Shown here piece after piece: positions 45,222 to 53,651 of a stretch of 64,000 nucleotides of DNA; positions within the stretch are counted from its first letter, which is position 1, and every line of letters begins with the position of its first letter. The translations under genes were made by a program, and so were the position numbers. The stretch lies in assembly GCA_902792985.1 (NCBI GenBank), contig CADBBT010000004.1, positions 55,235 through 119,234 of the forward strand, read 5' to 3'. The stretch comes from Oscillospiraceae bacterium (GTDB lineage: Bacteria; Bacillota; Clostridia; Oscillospirales; Acutalibacteraceae). The notes beneath the pieces were generated by a model. That model was given only the letters and a program-made list of their open reading frames with translations. It was not told the DNA's origin and ran no database searches.

Positions 45222-46079
45222 ATGAAAATCATAGATTTGCTGAAAAGCGGAAAACCGACGCTCTCTTTTGAGGTCTTTCCGCCGAAAACAACAGACAAGA
45301 TCGACACCGTGTTCAACGCTGCCATGAATATCGCGGCGCTGAACCCCGCATTCATGAGTGTGACCTACGGCGCCGGCGGCGGCACCTCCGATTATACGGC
45401 GGCGCTTTCTGCCGATGTGCAGAATCTGACCGGCGTGCCGGTGCTCGCGCATCTGACCTGCATCAATTCCACAAAGGAGCAGGTGCACCGCCAGATGCAG
45501 ACGCTCAAAGATTACGGGATCGAAAACATCATGGCGCTGCGCGGCGACCGCGTGCCCGATCATCATGAGACCGATTACCGGTATGCGAGCGAGCTTGTCG
45601 CCGAGGTTGCGGCCGACGGTTCGTTTTGCATCGGCGGCGCCTGCTATCCGGAAACGCATCCGGAAAGCGACAACAGCTTTGATGATGTGCGTCATCTCAA
45701 GGAAAAGCAGGACGCGGGGTGTCAATTTTTCACAACCCAGATGTTTTTCGACAACGATATTCTTTATAATTTTCTCTACCGCATCCGCGAAGCCGGCATC
45801 ACGGTGCCGGTGGTCGCCGGCATCATGCCGGTGACGAATCCAAGCTCCATCAAGCGCATCTGCCGCATCTCCGGCGCGGCGCTGCCGCAGCGTTTCTGCC
45901 GTATCGTGGATAAATACGGGAGCGACCCGAAGCAGATGAAGCAGGCCGGCATCGCCTATGCCACACAGCAGATCATTGATCTTTACGCCAACGGCGTGAA
46001 CGCCGTTCATATTTATTCGATGAACAAACCCGACGTGGCAGAGGCGATTTTGCAAAACGTCAGCGAGCTGCTGCGATGA
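45222..46079 (+). CDS. metF: methylenetetrahydrofolate reductase
   Basis: SFEVFPPKT, VTYGAGG and CYPE.HPE motifs. Confidence 0.88.
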   Translation: MKIIDLLKSGKPTLSFEVFPPKTTDKIDTVFNAAMNIAALNPAFMSVTYGAGGGTSDYTAALSADVQNLTGVPVLAHLTCINSTKEQVHRQMQTLKDYGIENIMALRGDRVPDHHETDYRYASELVAEVAADGSFCIGGACYPETHPESDNSFDDVRHLKEKQDAGCQFFTTQMFFDNDILYNFLYRIREAGITVPVVAGIMPVTNPSSIKRICRISGAALPQRFCRIVDKYGSDPKQMKQAGIAYATQQIIDLYANGVNAVHIYSMNKPDVAEAILQNVSELLR

Positions 46080-46687
46080 GCGAGGTCTTTCTGTCTGTCG
46101 GAAACGCGCAGACGATCCGCATCAACCGCCGGGAAGCGGCACGCTATCTCGGCTATCGCGGCGTGCTTGCGCCGGACGCCGAAGCGCTGTTTGACGTTTG
46201 TGAGCGCGAACTGCGTGCGGTTGCCGCCCCGAGAGCGGTTTGGAGAACGTCGCCAGTTCAAAGCGATGAAGCGCTGGTGACGTTTTCGTTTTGCAAGATG
46301 GAAAGCGCCGCGCTGGCCAAGAACCTTTCCGGCTGCAAAAAAGCGTTTGTGTTTGCCGCAACGCTCGGCGCCGGGGTGGATCGTGCCATGCTGCGTCTGC
46401 AAAAGACCGACCCGGCGAAAGCGGCGGTGTTTGATGCGCTGGCGTCCGCCGCAGTGGAGGGCTGGTGCAACGAAGTGAATGAAGCGCTCTCGCAAGGGCG
46501 GCAGACCTGTCCGCGCTTTTCGCCGGGCTACGGCGGCGTGGCGCTGCGCCATCAGGCCGATCTGCTGCAGTTTTTGGACGCGCAGCGCAAGCTCGGCATC
46601 ACGCTTTCCGAAACGTTTTTTATGTCGCCGGTCAAATCTGTCACCGCCGTCATCGGCATCAGGAGGGATGAAGATGAAACTTACTGA
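46076..46687 (+). CDS. stand-alone methionine synthase activation (AdoMet-binding) domain protein
   Basis: RFSPGYGG....Q..L...LD..K.LGI.L.....M.P.KSVTA.IG pattern. The ORF overlaps both neighbouring genes. Confidence 0.7.
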   Translation: MSEVFLSVGNAQTIRINRREAARYLGYRGVLAPDAEALFDVCERELRAVAAPRAVWRTSPVQSDEALVTFSFCKMESAALAKNLSGCKKAFVFAATLGAGVDRAMLRLQKTDPAKAAVFDALASAAVEGWCNEVNEALSQGRQTCPRFSPGYGGVALRHQADLLQFLDAQRKLGITLSETFFMSPVKSVTAVIGIRRDEDETY

Positions 46688-49061
46688 ACGCATTTCCACA
46701 TGCCGCACGTATTTTGACGGCGGGATGGGCACGCTTTTGCAAAAGGCGGGCCTTCCAAGCGGCGAGCTGCCGGAAAATTGGAACCTGACGCACCCGGACG
46801 TGCTGCGCGACATCCATCTTGCCTATATGAACGCCGGGGCGAATATCATCACCTCCAACACCTTCGGCGCAAACTGCCTGAAGTTTGACAATCTCGAAAC
46901 GCTGATCCCAGCCGCGTTCGCCGCCATGCAGGAGGCGAAGGCGCTTTTTGACGGCGACCGGAACAGCGTTTATCTTGCCTTCGATATGGGTCCGCTGGGC
47001 AAAATGCTGGAGCCGCTCGGTGATTTTCCGTTTGAACAGGCGGTGGAATGCTTTGCAAAAAGCGTGCGCATTGCCGAAAAATGCGGCTTTGATCTGATTT
47101 TGATCGAAACGATGAGCGATCTTTATGAGACGAAAGCCGCCGTGCTTGCCGCAAAGGAAAACTCCGCACTGCCGGTGTTCGTGACAAACGCCTATGACGA
47201 AACGGGGCATCTGCTGACCGGCGCAAATGTGGCGGCCGTGGTCGCAACGTTAGAAGGACTCGGCGTGCAGGCGCTGGGCGCAAACTGTTCGCTCGGCCCG
47301 CAGCAGATGGTCGGCATTGCGCGGCAGTACATGGAGCACGCGTCGCTGCCGGTCATCATCAATCCGAACGCCGGGGTGCCGCGTGTGGAAAACGGGCGCA
47401 CGGTGTTCGATGTGGACGCCGCGGCGTTTTCGGATATCATGCGCGAGATCGCGTTGCTCGGCGTGCAGGCACTCGGCGGCTGCTGCGGCACAACGCCGGA
47501 GTTCATTCGTCTGCTGGAGCAAAAAACGGGCGATGTGCCTTTTTCTGCGCCGCAAAAAAAAGAAACCACGGTCATTTCCTCCTATACCCACGCTGTGACA
47601 TTCGGCAAAAAGGCGGTCGTGATCGGCGAACGGATCAATCCCACCGGAAAGCCGAAGCTCAAGGACGCGCTGCGACGCGGCGACCTCGATTACCTTGTGC
47701 GCGAGGGCATTGCCCAGCAGGAAAGCGGCGCAGAGGTGCTCGATGTGAACGTCGGTCTTGCGGAGATCGACGAGACCGCCACGCTGGTCAAAACCGTGAA
47801 AGAGCTGCAAAGCGTGCTGGATCTGCCGCTGCAGATCGACACGGTGCGGGCGTCTGCGCTTGAACAGGCACTGCGCATCTATAACGGCAAGCCGCTGATC
47901 AATTCGGTCAACGCCAAGCAAAAAAGCATGGATACCGTGTTCCCACTGATGCAAAAATACGGCGGCGCGGTCATTGCGCTGACGATCGGCGAGGAAGGGA
48001 TCCCCGCAACAGCCGAGGGCCGCTGCGCGCTTGCAAAAGCGATCGTTGACGAGGCCGCACGTTACGGCATCGACAAAAAAGATATCATTGTGGACCCGCT
48101 GTGTATGGCGGTCTCCTCTGACGACAATGCCGGCCGCGTGACGCTCGACGCGATCCGGCTGATCAAACAGCTGGGCGTGAAGACCTGTCTCGGCGTGTCG
48201 AACATCTCCTTTGCACTGCCGGACCGTCCGGCGGTGACGGCCGCGTTTTTGGCGATGGCGCTGGAAAACGGGCTGGATTGCGCGATCCTCAACCCCTGCA
48301 GTGACGAGATCATGCGCACCTTGCGCGCCTGCGTGATGCTTTCGGGGAACGATGCGCATTGTGAGGATTACATCGCGTTTGCAACTGCGCATCCGCGCGC
48401 TGCCGTTTCGGCGGCTGCCGCACCGCAGACGCAGAAAAAAGACGAGCTGCCGGAGCTGATGTATGCCATCGTGAAAGGGCTTTCCGCCAAGGCTGCCGCC
48501 GCGGCGCAGCAATTGCTGGAAAAAGAAGATGCGCTGCATGTGATCGAAACGCAGATCATTCCGGCGTTGAATCTTGTCGGCGAACGCTTTGAAAAGGGCG
48601 TTCTGTTCTTGCCGCAGCTGCTCATGAGCGCAGAAAGCGCAAACGCCGCGTTTTCTGTTGCGGCGCAAAAACTGCCGCAAAGCGAAGGCAGCAGGGACCG
48701 CGTGCTGCTGGCCACCGTGCAGGGGGACATCCATGATATCGGCAAAAACATCGTCAAGGTGCTGCTGCAAAGCTATGGCTTTGAGGTGCTCGATCTCGGC
48801 AAGGACGTGCCGCCGCAAAAGGTGCTGGAAGCGGCGCTGCAATATGATGTGCGCCTTGTGGGGCTTTCGGCGCTGATGACAACAACGCTCGATTCCATGC
48901 ACGAAACGGTGACGCTTCTGCGCGCGCAGGCGCCGCAGGTGCAAACGATCGTCGGCGGCGCGGTGCTCACGCAGGATTATGCCGATTTGATCGGCGCCAC
49001 CTACTACGCCAAGGACGCCATGCAAAGTGTACATTTTGCCAAGCGCGTTTTTGGCAGATAA
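46674..49061 (+). CDS. metH: methionine synthase (Hcy-binding, pterin-binding and B12-binding domains; no activation domain)
   Basis: FDGGMGT, GANCSLGP and GGCCGTTP (Hcy domain), the pterin-binding region, and DIHDIGKNIV (DxHxxG B12 motif). ATG at 46674 lies 9 nt after AGGAGG. Confidence 0.88.
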   Translation: MKLTERISTCRTYFDGGMGTLLQKAGLPSGELPENWNLTHPDVLRDIHLAYMNAGANIITSNTFGANCLKFDNLETLIPAAFAAMQEAKALFDGDRNSVYLAFDMGPLGKMLEPLGDFPFEQAVECFAKSVRIAEKCGFDLILIETMSDLYETKAAVLAAKENSALPVFVTNAYDETGHLLTGANVAAVVATLEGLGVQALGANCSLGPQQMVGIARQYMEHASLPVIINPNAGVPRVENGRTVFDVDAAAFSDIMREIALLGVQALGGCCGTTPEFIRLLEQKTGDVPFSAPQKKETTVISSYTHAVTFGKKAVVIGERINPTGKPKLKDALRRGDLDYLVREGIAQQESGAEVLDVNVGLAEIDETATLVKTVKELQSVLDLPLQIDTVRASALEQALRIYNGKPLINSVNAKQKSMDTVFPLMQKYGGAVIALTIGEEGIPATAEGRCALAKAIVDEAARYGIDKKDIIVDPLCMAVSSDDNAGRVTLDAIRLIKQLGVKTCLGVSNISFALPDRPAVTAAFLAMALENGLDCAILNPCSDEIMRTLRACVMLSGNDAHCEDYIAFATAHPRAAVSAAAAPQTQKKDELPELMYAIVKGLSAKAAAAAQQLLEKEDALHVIETQIIPALNLVGERFEKGVLFLPQLLMSAESANAAFSVAAQKLPQSEGSRDRVLLATVQGDIHDIGKNIVKVLLQSYGFEVLDLGKDVPPQKVLEAALQYDVRLVGLSALMTTTLDSMHETVTLLRAQAPQVQTIVGGAVLTQDYADLIGATYYAKDAMQSVHFAKRVFGR

Positions 49062-49120
49062 GCCGAATTTTATCGCCTTCGCTTGTAAAGCGGAGGCGTT
49101 CGTGTTATAATAACTTTATT

Positions 49121-50332
49121 ATGAGAAAGTATTCTGTGTTTTCGTCACTTTTGAAAAACTGCATGGCGCTGCTGCTGGCTTGCGCCGTGCTTTTCGGCGT
49201 TTTGGTCACGGCGTATGCCGTTGACGCGGCAGATCCGCAGGGCGGTCTGATCGCCGTGGCATCTCGCGGCGAAACGACAGCGCACACACCGAACACGCCG
49301 GAAGCGGTTCTTGCCGCCACTGAAGCGGGTGCGGATCTTGTTTCCGTTGCCGTGACAAAAACGGCAGACGGACAGTTTGTGCTGCTGACGGATGCACAAA
49401 AGGCACTTGTGACCGAAACACAGACGTTTTCACAGATGCAGGTTTCGCTGTTCGGCGCGTCTTCCTCGCTCCTTTTACCGACACTCGAAACCGTTGCCGA
49501 TTTGCTTGATTCCCGCGCCGGACTGATCGTCGATTTTGACGTTTCCGCGCTGGACGCGCTGTGCGCCTATCTGCGGGAGCACGCGCTGACGGATTCGGTG
49601 CTGCCGCGCGTCAATTTGCCGGCAAAGACGATCGTTTCCTTTACCGAAGCGAATCCCGACATCCGTCTGCTCGGCATATATCACGGCAATGTGGTCATGA
49701 ATGCCGACGCGTTCTTAGCGCGCCTTTCGGCGGCGGGGCTGCCGATCGTGCAGTGTCAAAACAAAAACTATTTCTGTGTCAGCTTTCAAAAATTCACCGC
49801 CGACCGCTTTTCCAAAAACGGCAACTGCCGCGCAATGGTGAATATGACAAAAAAAGAGCTGTGCGGACAGCGCGACGACAGCGTGACCGGCTGGGACGAT
49901 ATGATCTCCCGCGGCTTTTCCGTGATCGAAACGGGTGATATCCGCGGTCTTTGCGCCTATATCGCACAGCAACAAGCAACAAAACAAGCGCTGCTTTCAT
50001 CGCTTGAAACCGCAAAACAGACCGACCTATCCGCTCTGCGCGCGCAAAGCGCAAAGGCGCTCTCCGACGCGATCGCGGCAGGAGAGGACGCAAAGGGCGA
50101 AAACGCTTCGCTTTCGGCGCGGCAGTCGGCGTTGTCCGCGCTGCAAAACGCGTCGGCGACAAAGGTGCCGCGCGGAGAGGACGAAACGCGCAAAGGCGCT
50201 TTGCAGATCACAACCGGCAAGGTGCTCACGGTGCTTTTTTTCGCCGTGCTGGTGCTCGCCGTGCAAATCTATTTCCATAAAAAACAGGGAAACAAAGGAG
50301 AAGATCGTTATGCCAAAAAAGAACACCACTGA
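49121..50332 (+). CDS. membrane-anchored GDPD-like domain protein with substituted catalytic residues
   Basis: Signal/anchor N-terminus. IAVASRGETTAHTPNTPEAVLAATEAGADLVSVAVTKTADGQFVLLTD aligns to the GDPD pattern HRG..PENT..GAD.IE.DV..T.DG..V..HD with H, E, E/D and H all replaced. A C-terminal TM helix follows. Confidence 0.55.
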   Translation: MRKYSVFSSLLKNCMALLLACAVLFGVLVTAYAVDAADPQGGLIAVASRGETTAHTPNTPEAVLAATEAGADLVSVAVTKTADGQFVLLTDAQKALVTETQTFSQMQVSLFGASSSLLLPTLETVADLLDSRAGLIVDFDVSALDALCAYLREHALTDSVLPRVNLPAKTIVSFTEANPDIRLLGIYHGNVVMNADAFLARLSAAGLPIVQCQNKNYFCVSFQKFTADRFSKNGNCRAMVNMTKKELCGQRDDSVTGWDDMISRGFSVIETGDIRGLCAYIAQQQATKQALLSSLETAKQTDLSALRAQSAKALSDAIAAGEDAKGENASLSARQSALSALQNASATKVPRGEDETRKGALQITTGKVLTVLFFAVLVLAVQIYFHKKQGNKGEDRYAKKEHH

Positions 50333-51899
50333 ACTTCCACGCGCGAAAACACCGGAATCCGTGGGCGTCAGCTCCAAAGAGGTGCAGGCGTTTATCGACC
50401 ATTGCATGACGCTCGGCAAAGAGCTGCACTCCGTGATCGTGATCCGTCACGGCAAGGTTGCCGCCGAGGTCTATCGTGATCCGTTTGCCGCACAGTTCCG
50501 CCACGCGATGTACTCGGTCAGCAAAAGCATGACCGCGACCGCCATCGGCTTTGCCATCGGCGAGGGCATCATCTCGCTGGACACACGCTTTGTGGATATT
50601 TTCCCCGAAGCGCGCAAGGTGCAGTCCAGCCCGTATCTTGAAAAGCTGACGGTGGAAGATCTGCTGACGCTGCGCAGCGGTCTTTCCGTGACGCCGCTGA
50701 TGGACAAGACCAAGGATCGCTGGTTCGAGGATATCATCGGTTCCAAATGGATGACTGAGCCGGGTACGGAGTTCTTTTACATCAACGAAAACCTGTATCT
50801 GCTGTGCTGTATCATCCACAAAAAATGCGGCATGAGCGTGGTCGATTATCTGATGCCGCGGCTGTTTGAGCCGCTGGGCATCGAGCGTCCGTTCTGGGAG
50901 ACCTGTCCGCGCGGCATTGAAGCCGGCGGCTGGGGTCTGATGCTGCGCCCGATGGATCTTGCAAAATTTATTCTGACTTATCTCAACGGCGGCGTCTATG
51001 CCGGAAAGCAGGTGCTGCCGGAAGGTTGGGCAGAAAAAGCGACGGCCAAGCAGACCGAAACGTGCAACAGCAAGGATCAGCTCGACACCAAGCAGGGCTA
51101 CGGCTACGGTTTTTGGCGCTGCGGCGGTTATCTGAACGGCTTCCGCGCCGACGGAATGTTCAGCCAGTTCGGCATCGGCTTTGAAGATCTGGATGCCGTG
51201 CTGGTCGTCAACTGCAGCGAGATCAACGAGCAGGCAATGCGAGATGTGGTCTGGGACCATTTTCCGAAGGCGTTCATCGATGTTGACAAGTCCGCAGAAC
51301 CGATCGACATCTCCATCCCGCCGTATGAAAAGCTGCGCGCAAAGCCGCGTTCCCCGATGGAGCAAAAGCTCAAGGGCCGCCGTATCGTGTTCAATAAGCC
51401 GCTGCTGCTCAACGCGATCGGTTTCCCGGTCAGCACACTGCCGCTGACAGCGACGTTCATGGGCAAGGACAAGGCCGGCAACATTACCAATATTTCCATT
51501 GAGCCGCTCGAAAACGAGCTGATCTTCTCGTGGTCGGAAGGCCGCGAAGTCAACCGCATCCATGTTGGCATGGACGGCGAATACCGCTTTGATAACATCG
51601 TGCTCGGCCAGATGCCGTTCACAAGCTGCGCCATCGGCTGTTGGAACAACGAAAACGAGCTGGAGATCATCATTCGTCCGATGGAAGCTGCCGCTGCGCG
51701 AAAGCTGGTGCTGAAATTCCACGGCGAGCTTGTCACGCTCAAGCCGACCGCGCTGCCCGACACGAGCGCGATGGTGGAAAATCTGGTCGGCTCGGTCAAA
51801 TCCGTGTTCAAATCACAGGCACTGCGCAAGCCCATTGAAACTGTGATGCCGCATCTCACGCCGCTGGTGGATATGATCCACATCGGCAAGATCAAATAA
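50310..51899 (+). CDS. beta-lactamase-family serine hydrolase
   Basis: YSVSKS (SxxK) motif. ATG at 50310 follows AAAGGAG and overlaps the upstream gene by 23 nt. Confidence 0.8.
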   Translation: MPKKNTTELPRAKTPESVGVSSKEVQAFIDHCMTLGKELHSVIVIRHGKVAAEVYRDPFAAQFRHAMYSVSKSMTATAIGFAIGEGIISLDTRFVDIFPEARKVQSSPYLEKLTVEDLLTLRSGLSVTPLMDKTKDRWFEDIIGSKWMTEPGTEFFYINENLYLLCCIIHKKCGMSVVDYLMPRLFEPLGIERPFWETCPRGIEAGGWGLMLRPMDLAKFILTYLNGGVYAGKQVLPEGWAEKATAKQTETCNSKDQLDTKQGYGYGFWRCGGYLNGFRADGMFSQFGIGFEDLDAVLVVNCSEINEQAMRDVVWDHFPKAFIDVDKSAEPIDISIPPYEKLRAKPRSPMEQKLKGRRIVFNKPLLLNAIGFPVSTLPLTATFMGKDKAGNITNISIEPLENELIFSWSEGREVNRIHVGMDGEYRFDNIVLGQMPFTSCAIGCWNNENELEIIIRPMEAAAARKLVLKFHGELVTLKPTALPDTSAMVENLVGSVKSVFKSQALRKPIETVMPHLTPLVDMIHIGKIK

Positions 51900-51918
51900 C
51901 CTTCCGGGAGGAAAGCGT

Positions 51919-52668
51919 ATGTTTCTCAAGATTCTCTATGCGCTGTGCGTAGCGCTGGAATTTGTGTTCGTTCCCTTGTTTTTGAAATATTCCTGGCCGA
52001 AAAAATGCTGGAAATCCTTCGGCTTTAAAATGGTCTGCTCCGCGCTGTTCTTTGCAGCGGGTCTGCTGGCGATGAAGATCTCCGGCAACCATACCGATTA
52101 CGCAAAGCTGATCCTTTGGGGGCTTGCGTTCGGCTGGGCGGGCGACTTGTTCCTGCATCTGATCACGGAGAAGATCTATGTGTTCGGCATCGGGCTGTTC
52201 GCCTTTCTCGGTGGTCATATCTTTTACATTCTCGCGTTCCATCACGCGATCCAGACGACCTATCCGAACAAGGGCTTTTTCACCTGGTATGAGATCCTGC
52301 TCGTGCTCGCGTTCGTTGGTCTGCTGGCGTTTTATGCCTATAAAAAACAGATCAAACAAAAGCTTTACCTGGTCATTCCCGTGGTGCTGTATGCTGTGAC
52401 GATCTCGTTCATGGTCGTCAAAGCGTGGCGTTACTGCATCGGCGAATGGGCGTGGGGACTGAACGACCATATGGTACTTGTGTTCCTGTTCATCGGTCTG
52501 GGCGCAGTCCTGTTCCTGCTGTCGGACGCAACGCTCGGTCTGATTTTGTTCGGCGGGCAGGAAAAAAACCGTCCGCTGAAGATCTTCAACATCGGCACAT
52601 ATTTTGCCGCACAGATCCTGCTCGGCGCGAGCATCTTCATCGTGCGCAGCTATGTCCCGCTGGGCTGA
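51919..52668 (+). CDS. YhhN-family (lysoplasmalogenase-like) membrane protein
   Basis: 8-TM protein with the GWAGDLFLH and FLGGHIFYI motifs. Confidence 0.75.
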   Translation: MFLKILYALCVALEFVFVPLFLKYSWPKKCWKSFGFKMVCSALFFAAGLLAMKISGNHTDYAKLILWGLAFGWAGDLFLHLITEKIYVFGIGLFAFLGGHIFYILAFHHAIQTTYPNKGFFTWYEILLVLAFVGLLAFYAYKKQIKQKLYLVIPVVLYAVTISFMVVKAWRYCIGEWAWGLNDHMVLVFLFIGLGAVLFLLSDATLGLILFGGQEKNRPLKIFNIGTYFAAQILLGASIFIVRSYVPLG

Positions 52669-52678
52669 GGTGCGGCGT

Positions 52679-53113
52679 ATGAAAATTCCCGTAAAAAAAC
52701 TGCGCGAAAACGCGCGATTGCCAAAGCGAGCTTCCGCGGGCGCGGCAGGGGCCGACCTTTACGCGTGTCTTGACGAAGAGATCGAGCTTTTGCCCGGACA
52801 GACAACGCTGATCCCGACCGGGCTTTCCCTGGAGATCCCGGAGGGCTTTGTCGGTCTTGTGTTTGCACGTTCCTCTGTGGCAAGCAAACGCGGCCTTGCG
52901 CCGGCGAATAAAGTCGGCGTGATCGACAGCGACTATCGCGGCGAAGTGATGGTGGCGCTGTTCAATCACGGCAGCACAGCGCAGACGGTTTTGCCGGATG
53001 AGCGCATCGCGCAATTCGTCGTTGTGCCGTTCCTTTCGGCCGAATATGAGGAAACGCAGACTTTGACCGACACCGCGCGCGGCAGCGGCGGCTTCGGTTC
53101 GACCGGACAATAA
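52679..53113 (+). CDS. dut: dUTP diphosphatase
   Basis: AGADL, RSS, GVIDSDYRGE and RGSGGFGSTG motifs. Confidence 0.92.
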   Translation: MKIPVKKLRENARLPKRASAGAAGADLYACLDEEIELLPGQTTLIPTGLSLEIPEGFVGLVFARSSVASKRGLAPANKVGVIDSDYRGEVMVALFNHGSTAQTVLPDERIAQFVVVPFLSAEYEETQTLTDTARGSGGFGSTGQ

Positions 53114-53165
53114 GAATTGACGGGACGCCGTGTGACCGGCGTTCCTTTTCGAAGGAGGAACATTT

Positions 53166-53648
53166 ATGAAAAAAGCGTTGGTCGCTTACTTTTCCGCAAG
53201 CGGAACCACGGCAAAACTTGCTGCTGCAGTTGCAGCGGCGGCAGAGGGCGAACTGTTTGAGATTCGTCCGCTTGTGCCCTACAGTGCCGCCGATCTGAAA
53301 TGGACAAATCCGCTCGCGCGCTGCAACCGCGAAAAAATCGGCAAAAAAACCATTCCGCTCGCTGCGTCGGTGGAAAACTGGACCGACTATGACACCGTGT
53401 TCCTCGGCTTTCCGATCTGGTACTACGGCGCGCCGAACGTCATCGAATCCTTCGCAAAGAACTATGACTGGAACGGAAAAACGGTTGTTTTGTTCGCCAC
53501 GTCCGGCGGCAGCAATATCGGCAAGACCGCCGAGAAACTGCTTGCGTTTTTAAACGGCTGCAACGCGGTCGCCGATGCGCGCGTGTTCGGCGCCGAGACT
53601 TCAAACGACGCGCTTTCGCTTTGGGCAAAACGCTTTTGTCAGGAGTAA
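53166..53648 (+). CDS. flavodoxin
   Basis: ALVAYFSASGTT FMN-binding loop and the GFPIWYYGAP motif. Confidence 0.8.
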   Translation: MKKALVAYFSASGTTAKLAAAVAAAAEGELFEIRPLVPYSAADLKWTNPLARCNREKIGKKTIPLAASVENWTDYDTVFLGFPIWYYGAPNVIESFAKNYDWNGKTVVLFATSGGSNIGKTAEKLLAFLNGCNAVADARVFGAETSNDALSLWAKRFCQE

Positions 53649-53651
53649 TCT

